Positions 1-10,339 of a stretch of DNA of 64,000 bases are shown piece after piece. Source of the DNA: Alphaproteobacteria bacterium (GTDB lineage Bacteria; Pseudomonadota; Alphaproteobacteria; Bin95); NCBI GenBank assembly GCA_965205265.1, contig CBDBGH010000003.1:4064001-4128000 (forward strand), given 5' to 3'. A model generated the notes under the pieces. It was not told the DNA's origin. It was given only the letters and a program-made list of their open reading frames with translations, and did no database searches. The position numbers and the translations under genes were made by a program. How positions within the stretch are numbered: position 1 is the first letter of the stretch; each line of letters opens with the position of its first letter.

Positions 1-733
1 CATCGACCCCGGCCGCGCGGACGAGTTCGTGGAGTGGGTGCGCGGCATCCTGGAGCTCGGCCAGACGCAGCCGGAAATGCGCATCAAATATCGCGGCGTC
101 ATCCGCGACTTCTTCGAGGAGATGGTGGCCGAGCGGCGCGCGAACCCCGGCGACGACCCGATCTCGACCCTGATCGAGGCCGAGGTCGAGGGCGAGAAGC
201 TGGAGGATTACAAGGTCGTCGGCGTCTGTTTCCTGCTGCTGGTGGCCGGCATCGACACCACATGGAGTTCGATTTCCTCCTCCCTGCTGCATTTCGCGAC
301 GCATCCTGAGGACCGGGCGCGGATGCGGGCCGAACCGGAACTGTGGCCTGTGGCGGTGGAGGAGCTGCTGCGCTTCTACGCACCCGTGACCATGGCCCGC
401 AAGGTGACGGAGCCGGTGGAGATCGGCGGCGTGGAAATGACGCCCGGCGACAAGGTGCTGCTGAACTTCCCCGGCGCCAACCGCGATCCGGCGGCGTTCG
501 AGAAGCCCGACGAGGTGGTCCTCGACCGCAAGCGCAACCGGCATATCGCCTTCGGCCTCGGCATCCACCGCTGCGCCGGCTCCAACCTCGCGCGGATGGA
601 GATGCAGGTGGCGCTGCGCACCTGGTTCGACCGCATCGGCGAGTTCGAGCTGGCGGACCCGGACGCGGTCACCTGGGCCGGCGGGCAGGTGCGCGGCCCC
701 CGCACGGTGCCGGTCCGCTTCGCCGCCGCCTGA
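1..733 (+). CDS. Cytochrome P450 (5' truncated by window edge)
   Basis: I-helix AGIDTT, EELLR (ExxR), heme motif FGLGIHRCAG. Confidence 0.95.
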   Translation, partial: IDPGRADEFVEWVRGILELGQTQPEMRIKYRGVIRDFFEEMVAERRANPGDDPISTLIEAEVEGEKLEDYKVVGVCFLLLVAGIDTTWSSISSSLLHFATHPEDRARMRAEPELWPVAVEELLRFYAPVTMARKVTEPVEIGGVEMTPGDKVLLNFPGANRDPAAFEKPDEVVLDRKRNRHIAFGLGIHRCAGSNLARMEMQVALRTWFDRIGEFELADPDAVTWAGGQVRGPRTVPVRFAAA

Positions 734-767
734 AACCGAACCGCCGCGCCCACGGGAGACAGCGCCC

Positions 768-2009
768 ATGACCGACAGCCCTGCACGTTGCCCGGTCGGG
801 GACTGGGCCAGCGACTACGACATCTTCGACCCCGACTATGTGCGCGACCCGGCGCCCGTCTGGGAGGAGCTGCGCGGGCGCTGCCCGATCGCGCATACGG
901 AGCGCTGGGGCGGCTCCTGGCTGCCGACGCGCTACGAGCACCTGCAGCAGATGGTGAAGATGGTGCCAGCGCTCTCCTCCGCCTCGCCGCTGGTGGTGCC
1001 GCCCTCGCCGGAGATGATGGAGATCCTGGAGGCGGAGACGGAGAAGCACGGCGAGACCAGCCGCACCCCGCCGATCACCTCCGACCCGCCGCGCCACCGG
1101 CCCTACCGGCGCCTCATCATGCCGCTGTTCAGCCCGCATGCGGTGGAGCGGCACATCCCCTATACGCGCGACCTCTGCAACCGGCTGATCGACGGCTTCA
1201 TCGCCGACGGCCGGGCCGACGCGGCGGCGGATTATGCGGAGCAGATCACGCCGCGCGTCATCGCACATATCCTCGGCATCGACCCGGCGCGGGCCGAGGA
1301 GTTCGTCGGCTGGGTGCGCGGCGTGCTGGAGATCGGGCTGACCGACCCGGACGAGGCGGTGCGCTCGCGGACCGCCATCCGGACCTTCTTCCAGGAGATG
1401 GTGGACGAGCGGCGCGAGCGGCCCTGCGGCGACGCGATCTCCATGCTGATCGAGTCCGAAGCCGAGGGCGAGAAGCTGACCGACTACCGGATTCTCGGCA
1501 TGTGCTCGCTGCTGCTGATCGCCGGCATCGACACGACCTGGAGCGCGATCTCGTCTTCGCTCTACCATTTCGCGACCCACCCGGAGGACCGGGCCAGGTT
1601 GCGCGCGGAACCCGAGCTGCTGCCGACGGCGGTGGAGGAGCTGCTGCGCTTCTATTCGCCCGTCACCATGGGCCGCATCGCGACCGAGCCGGTGGAGATC
1701 GACGGGGCCCGGATCGGGGAGGGCGACCGGGTGCTGCTCAACTTCCCCGGCGCCAACCGCGACCCGGAGGCGTTCGAGCGCGCCGACGAGGTGGTGCTGG
1801 ACCGCGAGCGCAACCGCCACATCGCCTTCGGCCTCGGCATCCACCGCTGCGCCGGCTCCAACCTCGCCCGGATGGAGATGCAGGTGGCGCTGCGCACCTG
1901 GTTCGACCGCATCGGCGAATTCGAACTGGAGGACGCGGGGGCGGTTACCTGGGCCGGCGGCCAGGTGCGCGGGCCGAGGAAAGTGCCGGTCAGGTTCGAG
2001 GCCGCCTGA
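768..2009 (+). CDS. Cytochrome P450, tandem paralog
   Basis: 413 aa; AGIDTT, EELLR, FGLGIHRCAG; RBS GGGAG. Confidence 0.95.
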   Translation: MTDSPARCPVGDWASDYDIFDPDYVRDPAPVWEELRGRCPIAHTERWGGSWLPTRYEHLQQMVKMVPALSSASPLVVPPSPEMMEILEAETEKHGETSRTPPITSDPPRHRPYRRLIMPLFSPHAVERHIPYTRDLCNRLIDGFIADGRADAAADYAEQITPRVIAHILGIDPARAEEFVGWVRGVLEIGLTDPDEAVRSRTAIRTFFQEMVDERRERPCGDAISMLIESEAEGEKLTDYRILGMCSLLLIAGIDTTWSAISSSLYHFATHPEDRARLRAEPELLPTAVEELLRFYSPVTMGRIATEPVEIDGARIGEGDRVLLNFPGANRDPEAFERADEVVLDRERNRHIAFGLGIHRCAGSNLARMEMQVALRTWFDRIGEFELEDAGAVTWAGGQVRGPRKVPVRFEAA

Positions 2010-2025
2010 GGCCGCCCGTCCCGCC

Positions 2026-2730
2026 TCAGCCGAGCGCCTTCAACGCCGCTTCGCGGGTTTCGAAATGGTCGATGACGGAGGTGAAGCCGCCCATGTCGAT
2101 GATCGAGCGGCATTCCGGCAGCAGGGCGGCAAGCACCATCCGGCCGCCCTTCTCCTGGCAGAGCTTGGCCGAGACCAGCAGGGCGCGCATCCCGCTGCTG
2201 TCCACATAGCCCATGCCCCCGCAGTCCAGCACGATGCGGGCGTTGCCGCGTCCGACGGCGGCGAAGATCCTCTCCGTCAGGATCGGCGCGTTCCTGCCCT
2301 CCAGCCGCCCGTCCACCGTGAGCAGCACCGTGCGTTCCAACTGCCGTTCCGCGATGGCGAACCCGTTGCCGTATTCCGGCTCCCGGGGGTCTTCGGCGGC
2401 GGGGGCGGCAAGCGCGGCCTCGACGGTCTCGGGGCAGTCGAGGACCATCAGCAGGCCGGTCGTGTCCAGGATCGACCGGCATTCGGGCCGGAGCCCCGCG
2501 ACGGAGAACTCGCAGCCGGTCTGGATGCATGCCCTGGCGCCGAGCAGCAGCGCCCTCAGCCCGGCGCTGCTGATATAGGCGACCTCGCGGCAATCCAGCA
2601 CCAGCCGGCCGGGGGCGGTCCTGGCGACGGCGGCGATCCTGGCTTCCAGCTCGGGCGCGCCGGCTGCGTCCAGCCGCCCGGCCGGGGAAACGATGACAGC
2701 CGGACCTTCGTTCCGCTCCTCGATCTTCAT
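2026..2730 (-). CDS. Tandem double-STAS anti-sigma-factor antagonist
   Basis: Two GRL(D/E)...LDC..(V/M)xY(I/V)(S/D)SxG(L/M)RALL repeats; start reassigned to MKIEER. Confidence 0.85.
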   Translation of the reverse strand: MKIEERNEGPAVIVSPAGRLDAAGAPELEARIAAVARTAPGRLVLDCREVAYISSAGLRALLLGARACIQTGCEFSVAGLRPECRSILDTTGLLMVLDCPETVEAALAAPAAEDPREPEYGNGFAIAERQLERTVLLTVDGRLEGRNAPILTERIFAAVGRGNARIVLDCGGMGYVDSSGMRALLVSAKLCQEKGGRMVLAALLPECRSIIDMGGFTSVIDHFETREAALKALG

Positions 2731-2954
2731 CGCGCCGCTTCCGTCATCGCCAACTCTTCGGTGCTTCCGGGACAGGCGCCGACTATACAGGGATATGCCG
2801 GAATTGACACGAGCGCCGCTGCGGGGAAGCTGCCGCGGAAACGGATTTGCGGGTTTTTCCGGAACCTGCCGCCCCGGATGGCGGGCGCATGTCTCGACCC
2901 GCGCGCGCCGCTGTTGTAGCAATGCGGGATGCAGGCGACGGGAGAGCCGACGAC

Positions 2955-3569
2955 ATGGCCCCAGATACAGGCGACAGCGCCCCCCTGATCCGACCGACCC
3001 GCGCGCAGGCCGAAGAGGCCGTGCGCACCCTGCTGCGCTGGGCGGGCGACGACCCCTCGCGCGAGGGCCTTGTCGGCACGCCGGACCGGGTGCTCCGGGC
3101 CTATGGCGAGTTCTTCGCGGGCTACGGCGAAGACCCGGTCAGCGTGCTGGAGCGCACCTTCGAGGAAACCGCCGACTATGACGAGATGATCGTGGTGCGC
3201 GACATCCGCCTGGAAAGCCATTGCGAGCACCACATCGTGCCGATCGTCGGCAAGGCCCATGTCGGCTACCTGCCGGCCGGGCGCGTGGTCGGCATCTCCA
3301 AGCTCGCGCGCGTGGTGGACATCTTCGCCAAGCGCCTGCAGATCCAGGAGAGGCTCACCACCGAGATCGCCGACGCCATCGACCATGTGCTGAGGCCGCG
3401 CGGCGTGGCGGTGGTCATCGAAGCCACGCATATGTGCATGTCCACGCGCGGCATCCACAAGACCGCGTCCTCCACCGTGACCAGCCGGATGCTCGGCGGC
3501 TTCCGCACCGACCCGACGACGCGGCGCGAGTTCCTGACCATGATCGGCAGAGGTGGCGATTCCGTCTGA
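2955..3569 (+). CDS. folE: GTP cyclohydrolase I
   Basis: [30 protein letters not shown] motifs. Confidence 0.95.
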   Translation: MAPDTGDSAPLIRPTRAQAEEAVRTLLRWAGDDPSREGLVGTPDRVLRAYGEFFAGYGEDPVSVLERTFEETADYDEMIVVRDIRLESHCEHHIVPIVGKAHVGYLPAGRVVGISKLARVVDIFAKRLQIQERLTTEIADAIDHVLRPRGVAVVIEATHMCMSTRGIHKTASSTVTSRMLGGFRTDPTTRREFLTMIGRGGDSV

Positions 3570-3613
3570 GCCGCGCTAACCTTTCCCGCGACAAACCGCC
3601 GGAGGGGAACGCG

Positions 3614-4138
3614 ATGACCTATACGCTTGAGCAATTCGCCGCCGAATGCCGCGAGGCGCTGGCCGCCGACAGCGGGAGGGCCGGCAGGGAGGGCGTGCTC
3701 GCCTGCGTGAAGAAGGCGCTGGCCAGCCCGGAGTTCCTGGAAACCCATCTCGGGCCGGACGCGACGGCGGAGCGCGAGATCATCTATGAGGACCCGGATT
3801 ACGGTTTCTGCATCTGCGCCCATGTCTATCGGGGCGCGCGCACCAGCGGGCCGCACGACCACGGGCCGACCTGGGCGATCTACGGCCTGGCGTCCGGCGA
3901 GACCGAAATGACCGACTGGCGCATCGTCGAGCCGCCCCGGGACGGCAAGCCGGGCAAGGTCGCGCTCTCCCGCGTCTATGAGATGAAGCCGGGCGACGCC
4001 TTTCTCTACGACATCGGCGATGTCCACGCGCCGCGCCGGATGTCGTCGAGCCGCCTCATCCGCATCGAAGGCTGCGACACCATGAAGGTCCAGCGCACGC
4101 CGCTGATGGCGGTGGAAGAAGCGGACGCCGCGGAATGA
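3614..4138 (+). CDS. Cupin / cysteine-dioxygenase-like protein
   Basis: PHDHG..WAIYG and GDVH metal motifs; RBS GGAGG. Confidence 0.75.
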   Translation: MTYTLEQFAAECREALAADSGRAGREGVLACVKKALASPEFLETHLGPDATAEREIIYEDPDYGFCICAHVYRGARTSGPHDHGPTWAIYGLASGETEMTDWRIVEPPRDGKPGKVALSRVYEMKPGDAFLYDIGDVHAPRRMSSSRLIRIEGCDTMKVQRTPLMAVEEADAAE

Positions 4139-5022
4139 GCCTTGAGATCCGCCGGCTGACGCCGGTGTTCGCGGGCGAGGTCTCGGGCGTCGATACCACG
4201 CGCCCGCTGCCGCCGGGGGTGGCGGCGGAGATCGACGCCGGCATGGCGGAACACGGTGTGCTGGTGTTCCCGGACCAGGCGCTGACGGACGAGCAGCAGG
4301 CGGCGTTCAGCCAGAATTTCGGCCGGCTCGAAATGCCGTCGGCGGTGTCCAACATCACCAAGGACCACGAGCGCCGCCTCGGCCCCGCCATGGCGGACGT
4401 CTCCAACCTCACCAGGGAGCACCGGCCCTTCGACCGCGAGGACCGGCGGCGCATGTTCAATCTCGGCAACCGCCTCTGGCACTCGGATTCCTCCTTCCGG
4501 GCGGTGCCGGCGAAATACTCGCTGCTTTCCGGGCGCGTCCTGCCGCCCTCCGGCGGCAATACCGAGTTCGCCGACATGGCGGCGGCTTACGATGCGCTCG
4601 ACGGGGCGATGAAGGCGCGGATCGAGGACCTTGTCTGCGAGCATTCCCTGCTCTACTCGCGGGGCCGGCTCGGCTTCGAGGGCCTGACGGAGGAGGAGCG
4701 CGCCAATTTCCGCCCCGTGCGCCAGGCGCTGGTGCGCGTCCACCCGGCCAGCGGGCGCAAGTCGCTCTACCTCTCCGCCCATGCCGGCAGGATCGTCGGC
4801 TGGCCGGTGCCCGAAGGACGCCTGCTGCTGGAGGAGCTGACCGAGCACGCAACGCAGCGCGGGTTCGTCTATGCCCATGAATGGCGGGTGAACGACCTTG
4901 TGGTGTGGGACAACCGGCGCACCATGCACCGCGCCCGGCCCTTCGACGATGTCAATGAGGTCCGCGACATGCGCCGCACCACCGTGGCCGGCGAGGAAAT
5001 GACGGCCGCCCAGGCGGCCTGA
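4135..5022 (+). CDS. TauD/TfdA family 2-oxoglutarate-dependent dioxygenase
   Basis: WHSDSSF, WDNRRTMHRA, RDMRRTTV. Confidence 0.92.
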   Translation: MSLEIRRLTPVFAGEVSGVDTTRPLPPGVAAEIDAGMAEHGVLVFPDQALTDEQQAAFSQNFGRLEMPSAVSNITKDHERRLGPAMADVSNLTREHRPFDREDRRRMFNLGNRLWHSDSSFRAVPAKYSLLSGRVLPPSGGNTEFADMAAAYDALDGAMKARIEDLVCEHSLLYSRGRLGFEGLTEEERANFRPVRQALVRVHPASGRKSLYLSAHAGRIVGWPVPEGRLLLEELTEHATQRGFVYAHEWRVNDLVVWDNRRTMHRARPFDDVNEVRDMRRTTVAGEEMTAAQAA

Positions 5023-5027
5023 AGGCA

Positions 5028-6488
5028 ATGCCCGACAGCGGCGCACCGGCGCCCAACCCGGCGGCGCGGCTGGCGGCCTTCGCGGCCGGCCTGCGCGCCG
5101 GGGACGTGCCGGCGGCGGTCCGGGAGCGGGCGCGGCACCTGATTCTGGATGCGCTCGGGGTGGCGGCGGCCTCCAGCCGGCAGGAATTCGCGCGCGTCAT
5201 GCTGGACGGCTTCCGGGCGGCCGGCGGGGCGGGCGAAGCCGGTGTGGTGGCGATGGGCGCGCGGCTCTCGCTCCGCGATGCGGCGGCGCTCAACGCCGCG
5301 CTCGTCCACGGCCTCGATTTCGACGACACCCATCCGGGCGCGGTGGTGCATTGCACGGCGGTTTCGCTGCCCGCCGCGCTGGCGCTGGGCGAGGCCCGCG
5401 ATGCGCCGGGCGCCGAGATTCTGACGGCCTACATTGCAGCGATGGAATGCGCCGCGCGGATCGGCCTTGCCGCCGATTACGGCTTCCACCGGCGCGGCTT
5501 CCACGCCACCGGCATTGCCGGGCATTTCGCCTCGGCGCTCGCGGCCGGGCGGCTCATGGGCCTCGATGCGGCGGCGCTCGCCTCGGCGCAGGGCGTGTGC
5601 GTCTCGACGGCGGCGGCGAGCCGCGAGTTCTGGTCGGACGGCGCCTGGAACAAGCGCCTCCATCCCGGCTGGGCGGCGGCGGCCGGCATTACCGCCGCAG
5701 GCCTTGCCGGCGCCGGCTTCAAGGGCTGCGAGCGGCCCTATGACGGGCGTTTCGGCCTCTTCCGGATGCTGATGGGCGAGGAGGCCGAGACCGTCGATTT
5801 CCCGCTTCTGGCCGGCGGCCTCGGAGAGCGCTGGGAACTGCTCGAATCCGCCGTCAAGCCCTTCCCGACCTGCCACTACACCCATGCGATCGTCGACAGC
5901 GCCATCGCGCTCCGCCGGGAGCACGGCCTCGAGGTGGACGACATCGCCGCCGTCACCGTGCTGGTGCATGAGGACCTGATCGCGCCGCTGATGGAGCCGG
6001 AAGCCCTGAAGCGCCGCCCGCCGGAGGACTATGCCGCACGCTTCAGCGCGCCCTGGGCGGCGGCCTGCGGGCTTGCGCGCGGAAGGCTCGGCCTCGCCGA
6101 ACTGGAGCCGCCGGCGCTCTCGGACCCGCAGGTGCTGGCGCTGGCGGCCCGGGTCGGGTGCCGCCCCGACCCGGACTCGCTCTTCCCGCAATATTTCTCC
6201 GCCGGCGTCGAGGTCGAGACCCGCTCGGGGGCGCGCTTCCGGCATCACGAGCCGGTCAATCGCGGCGCCGGCGACCGGGCGCTCGCCAATGCCGAGATCG
6301 TGGAGAAATTCCACGCCAATGCCGCCCCGGCGCTGGGCGGGGCCCGGGCCGAGGCCATGGCCGCCCGTGTGCTGGATATGGAGCGCCTGTCCGGAAGGGA
6401 GCTGATGCGGGAGCTGACACCGGCGTCGGAGGGTTGCGACTTGCGATGGATACCGCCCGCCGACGCGCCGCCCGGCACTGTTGGATGA
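5028..6488 (+). CDS. MmgE/PrpD family protein
   Basis: HGLDFDDTH, GFHATG, KRLHPG, KPFPTCHYTH. Confidence 0.9.
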   Translation: MPDSGAPAPNPAARLAAFAAGLRAGDVPAAVRERARHLILDALGVAAASSRQEFARVMLDGFRAAGGAGEAGVVAMGARLSLRDAAALNAALVHGLDFDDTHPGAVVHCTAVSLPAALALGEARDAPGAEILTAYIAAMECAARIGLAADYGFHRRGFHATGIAGHFASALAAGRLMGLDAAALASAQGVCVSTAAASREFWSDGAWNKRLHPGWAAAAGITAAGLAGAGFKGCERPYDGRFGLFRMLMGEEAETVDFPLLAGGLGERWELLESAVKPFPTCHYTHAIVDSAIALRREHGLEVDDIAAVTVLVHEDLIAPLMEPEALKRRPPEDYAARFSAPWAAACGLARGRLGLAELEPPALSDPQVLALAARVGCRPDPDSLFPQYFSAGVEVETRSGARFRHHEPVNRGAGDRALANAEIVEKFHANAAPALGGARAEAMAARVLDMERLSGRELMRELTPASEGCDLRWIPPADAPPGTVG

Positions 6489-6658
6489 CGGCGCCCTAGC
6501 CAATGCGGTTCCGCCATGTTTCAATCCGGTAACGCAAAGCTCCTGTGCAACCGAACGCGCGAAAGGAAACAGCGAAGCAGGCAAGCCGGGAACGACAAGC
6601 TCTACCGTTGTGTCCATGTACGCCCGATCGGCCCGGCCATTGGCGCGGCGATCGGCAA

Positions 6659-6674
6659 TGTCGATGTATCGACA
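6659..6674. promoter_or_regulatory. Palindromic candidate operator TGTCGAT-N2-ATCGACA upstream of TRAP operon
   Basis: Perfect 7-bp inverted repeat about 90 bp upstream of the dctP start. Confidence 0.4.
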
Positions 6675-6762
6675 CGGCGGACAAGCCGCTGGCGGTCGCT
6701 GCCCGAACGAACCGCAACACCTCGAACCGACAAGCAACAGGCGACCAGGGAGGAACAACGCC

Positions 6763-7944
6763 ATGACGCTTTCTCGACGCGATTTTCTGCGCATTTCTGC
6801 AGATTACGGGACCAAGGCGGCCGTCTTCGCCGCCGTTGCCGGAACGACGTCCGCCACGCTCATCAGCCAGTTCGCGGCCAAGGATGCGCAGGCTGCCAAG
6901 AAGGCCAAATACACGATCCGCCACGGTGTCAGCGTGGTAAATCCGAAGAACGAAGAGTTCCTGCAGACCCGCGTCTATGACTTTGCCAAATGGATCGAGG
7001 AAGGATCGGACGGCGAAATCGCCATGCAGGTCCTCGACAGCGGCCAGGCCTGCGCGGAAAACCAGTGCGTGGAGCGGGTCGGGGCCGGTGTGCTCGATAT
7101 GGGCGGCTCCTCGGCGCAGAACGCCGCCGCCGTCATCTACCACGCGCAGGCGCTCGACTGGCCGTTCCTGTGGCGGGATCCGCAATCGCTGCTCAACCTG
7201 CTGCACGATCCCGCCATGAACCCGGTCTACCGGGATGTCTGGCGGGAAAAATACGGCGTCGAGTTCCTCTATTGCACCAACGAGTTGCGCGACATCTTCA
7301 TGGGGCTGAAATACAGCGACCTGCCGGAGGTCCGTCACCCGGACGGCCTGAAAGGCCGCAAGCTCCGGATCACCAACTCCACCATGATCCAGAATTTTGC
7401 CGCTTCGCTCGGCATGAGCCCGGTGCCGCTTGCCTGGACCGAGACGCTGGAAGGCATGAAGTCGGGCGTTGTCGACGGCATGGAGACCTGGGGCGGCGCG
7501 GCCGCGAGCTTCGGCATGACCAAGGTCACGGCTCAGGTGCTCGAGCTGGACTTCTGCGCCGGAACGGCCTCGTGTTTCATGAATTTGCGGGCGATGGAGC
7601 GCATGCCCGGGCGCCTGCAGGACGTGGTCCGCGAAGCCGCCCGCAGGGCGAGCGAAGAATCGTATCGCAACCTTCAGGTTGCCCTGAACACCGTCACCGG
7701 CGCCGGGCCGAACCCGACGCCGGAGAGCAACTATGTGCAGCTGAAGGACACGATGCGCCATGTCCGCCTGAGCGAGGACGAGATGGACGCGTTCCGCGAG
7801 CGCGGCTCGGTCGAGCGCAACGGGCAGATCTACAGCGGGATCCGCAAGGAACTGGACGAGCTGGCGGGCCTCGACGTGTTCGGCGCCATTGCCGAGTTCG
7901 AGGAGAAAGTCCGCGGCCAACCGCTAAATCCCCAGAAGTGGTAG
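6763..7944 (+). CDS. dctP: TRAP transporter substrate-binding protein (Tat signal)
   Basis: SRRDFL twin-arginine signal; GRKLR, GMSPVPLAWTET..G..SGVVDG. Confidence 0.88.
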   Translation: MTLSRRDFLRISADYGTKAAVFAAVAGTTSATLISQFAAKDAQAAKKAKYTIRHGVSVVNPKNEEFLQTRVYDFAKWIEEGSDGEIAMQVLDSGQACAENQCVERVGAGVLDMGGSSAQNAAAVIYHAQALDWPFLWRDPQSLLNLLHDPAMNPVYRDVWREKYGVEFLYCTNELRDIFMGLKYSDLPEVRHPDGLKGRKLRITNSTMIQNFAASLGMSPVPLAWTETLEGMKSGVVDGMETWGGAAASFGMTKVTAQVLELDFCAGTASCFMNLRAMERMPGRLQDVVREAARRASEESYRNLQVALNTVTGAGPNPTPESNYVQLKDTMRHVRLSEDEMDAFRERGSVERNGQIYSGIRKELDELAGLDVFGAIAEFEEKVRGQPLNPQKW

Positions 7945-8053
7945 CCGCGTAGCCGGACCCCGGACGCCGCCAGGCTGTCCGGGGTCCCCTTCATTCTTTT
8001 CCGGACGGAAATCCCGGACCGCCTGGCGGCGTCCGGGAAAGCGGGTGTGTCTG

Positions 8054-8560
8054 ATGGGCCAGCGATTCGACAACCTGATTACCTGGATCGAAAAGGCGGT
8101 GATGCTGCTCGCCTATCTGACGATCATCCTGGTGGTGGGGCTGGAGACGATCCGGCGGATGATCACGGGCGAGCAGGCGGCCTGGGGGCCGGAGATCGCC
8201 ATGGGCGCGTTCGTCTGGCTCTCGTGGTTCGCCATGTCCAGCGGCGTGCGCACCGGCGCGCATCTCTCTTTCACCACCGTGCGCGAACGCATGCCCGACG
8301 GGATACGCCGGGGTGCGGAAGTATTCGACTGCCTGCTCTGGTTCGTGCTGGGCGCTGTCGTCATCGTCGCGTCGTGGGATGTCGTGATGCTGAATGAGCG
8401 CTTCAACATCAAGATCTTCGGCACCGACATCCCGATCGCCGCGATCTCCATCGCCGTGCCGCTCGGCTGGGGCTTCACCATGGTGCGGGTGTTCCAACAG
8501 CTGGTCCGGGTGTTGCAGGGCAGGACCGGCCCGCATATTGCGGCGGAGGAAATCCGATGA
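8054..8560 (+). CDS. dctQ: TRAP transporter small permease
   Basis: About 4 hydrophobic segments, W.PE motif, position between dctP and dctM. Confidence 0.85.
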   Translation: MGQRFDNLITWIEKAVMLLAYLTIILVVGLETIRRMITGEQAAWGPEIAMGAFVWLSWFAMSSGVRTGAHLSFTTVRERMPDGIRRGAEVFDCLLWFVLGAVVIVASWDVVMLNERFNIKIFGTDIPIAAISIAVPLGWGFTMVRVFQQLVRVLQGRTGPHIAAEEIR

Positions 8561-9900
8561 GCGAAGGCGATCTTTCGACCCTGCAACTCCTCGTGGATTG
8601 GCTCCGCGAGGTTCTGAACGTCTGGAACATCACCGCCATCGCCGTCCTGCTGTTCTTTCTCGGAACCCCCGTCGTGCTGGTGCTGGCCGCCTGGGTGGTG
8701 GCGTCGTCCTATTTCATCGTGGAGTTCCCGCTGACCAATGTCGGCATTGCAGCGAACGACTCGATCAAGAACTTCATCTTCCTGGCCGTGCCCCTGTTCG
8801 TCATAACCGGCGACTTCCTGACGGAGGGCGGCATCAGCCGGAGGCTGATCGCGTTCTCGCGCTCCTGCGTCGGCTTCATGCATGGCGCGACGGCGGCGAC
8901 GGCGATGTTCTCCTGCGGCCTGTTTGCGGCGATTTCCGGCTCCAATGCCGCGACGGCGGCGACCATGGGGCGGCTGCTCGGGCCGGAGATGGTCGAGCGC
9001 GGCGTCAGTCCGGGCCTGTCCGGCGCGATCATTGCGGCGGGCGGCACGGTCGGCGTCATCATCCCGCCGAGCGTGATCTTCCTGATCTACGGCGTCACGA
9101 TGGAGGTGCCGAGCGTCGACCTGTTTATCGGCGGCATGATTCCGGGCCTGCTGATGGTCATAGCGTTGATCGGCAGTGCGGTGGTGCTGACCGGCAAGGT
9201 GGAGCGCGGGGTCGGCCTGCGTAACCTGAGCCCCCGGGAAATCGCCAGATCGGCGTTGACCGCCTGGGCGGGCTTCATCGCGATCGGGGTGATTTTCTTC
9301 GGCATTTACTGGGGCTATTTCAGCCCGACGGAGGCAGCCGGGGTCGTCGCCATCTACTGCTTCATCGTCGGCTCCGTGCCGGCTCTCGGCGGCCGGCTCC
9401 ACCTGCGCCAGATTCCGGGCATCATGCTGAACAGCGCACGGCTGGCCGGTCTGCTGGTGCCGCTGGTGGTATTTTCCATCCAGTTTCAACAGGTCTCCAG
9501 CGTTATGGGCCTGCCGGTGGCGATCCAGGAGTTTCTGGGCGACCTCGGCGAGAATTACGGCTCGACGGTGCTGATCGCCGTTATGATGGTGCTGATCCTG
9601 CTCGTGGGCGCGATCACGGAATCGGTTGCCGTGGTCCTCATTCTCGGTCCCATCCTCGCGCCGGTGGCGGAGAGTATCGGCATCGATCCGGTCCATTGGG
9701 GCGTGGTCTTCGTCGTCGGCACCACGATCGGGTTCATCACGCCGCCCTACGGCCTGAATCTGTTCGTGGTTTCGGGCGTGCTGAGGATCAACTACGACCT
9801 GATCATCCGGCAGATCTTCAAACTGCTGATCCCGCTGATGATCGTGTGGACCATCGTGACGGCGGTGCCCTGGCTGTCTCTGGTGCTGCTCGGCGGCTAG
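8557..9900 (+). CDS. dctM: TRAP transporter large permease
   Basis: AISGS, IIPPS, PTEAA, ITPPYGLNLFV. Confidence 0.92.
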   Translation: MSEGDLSTLQLLVDWLREVLNVWNITAIAVLLFFLGTPVVLVLAAWVVASSYFIVEFPLTNVGIAANDSIKNFIFLAVPLFVITGDFLTEGGISRRLIAFSRSCVGFMHGATAATAMFSCGLFAAISGSNAATAATMGRLLGPEMVERGVSPGLSGAIIAAGGTVGVIIPPSVIFLIYGVTMEVPSVDLFIGGMIPGLLMVIALIGSAVVLTGKVERGVGLRNLSPREIARSALTAWAGFIAIGVIFFGIYWGYFSPTEAAGVVAIYCFIVGSVPALGGRLHLRQIPGIMLNSARLAGLLVPLVVFSIQFQQVSSVMGLPVAIQEFLGDLGENYGSTVLIAVMMVLILLVGAITESVAVVLILGPILAPVAESIGIDPVHWGVVFVVGTTIGFITPPYGLNLFVVSGVLRINYDLIIRQIFKLLIPLMIVWTIVTAVPWLSLVLLGG

Positions 9901-9912
9901 GAGCAATGAGGG

Positions 9913-10281
9913 ATGAGCAAGCGCAAGGAAGCGATCGAAACGCTGTTCAAGGCGTTCGCGAAAGGCTTCGCGAAGAAGGACACGGCGCTGGTTGCGCCGA
10001 CGCTGGCCGACGATTTCGTCTGGAGCCAGCCGACAGGCGAGGACTTTGTCGGCAAGGAAGCCGCCTTGCAGGCCATGGCCGAGCGCTGGTCCGCGCCCGG
10101 CGGCGGGCCGGTGTTCGGCAATGGCGGTTTCGAGGTGGTCGGCGACACCGTCATCCAGACCTACGAGGTGACGACCGCCGCGCCGGACGGCGGCGAAAGG
10201 ACCGTGCGCGGCATGGACATTTACAAGGTCCGCGACGGCCTGCTCACCCGAAAGGACGCCTTCTGGAAGCAGCTGGGTTAG
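9913..10281 (+). CDS. SnoaL/NTF2-like protein
   Basis: 122 aa; LADDFVW, GMDIYKVRDGLLTRKDAFWK. Confidence 0.8.
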   Translation: MSKRKEAIETLFKAFAKGFAKKDTALVAPTLADDFVWSQPTGEDFVGKEAALQAMAERWSAPGGGPVFGNGGFEVVGDTVIQTYEVTTAAPDGGERTVRGMDIYKVRDGLLTRKDAFWKQLG

Positions 10282-10339
10282 CCTTGCCGGTGCCCGTTAT
10301 CCTCTCCGCCCGATCCGGAACTCCTGCGAGGCGAACCTC

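Noticed and set aside
6628-6660. sigma54 promoter upstream of dctP
   Set aside because: TGGCGC is present but the GC at the required -12 spacing is missing.
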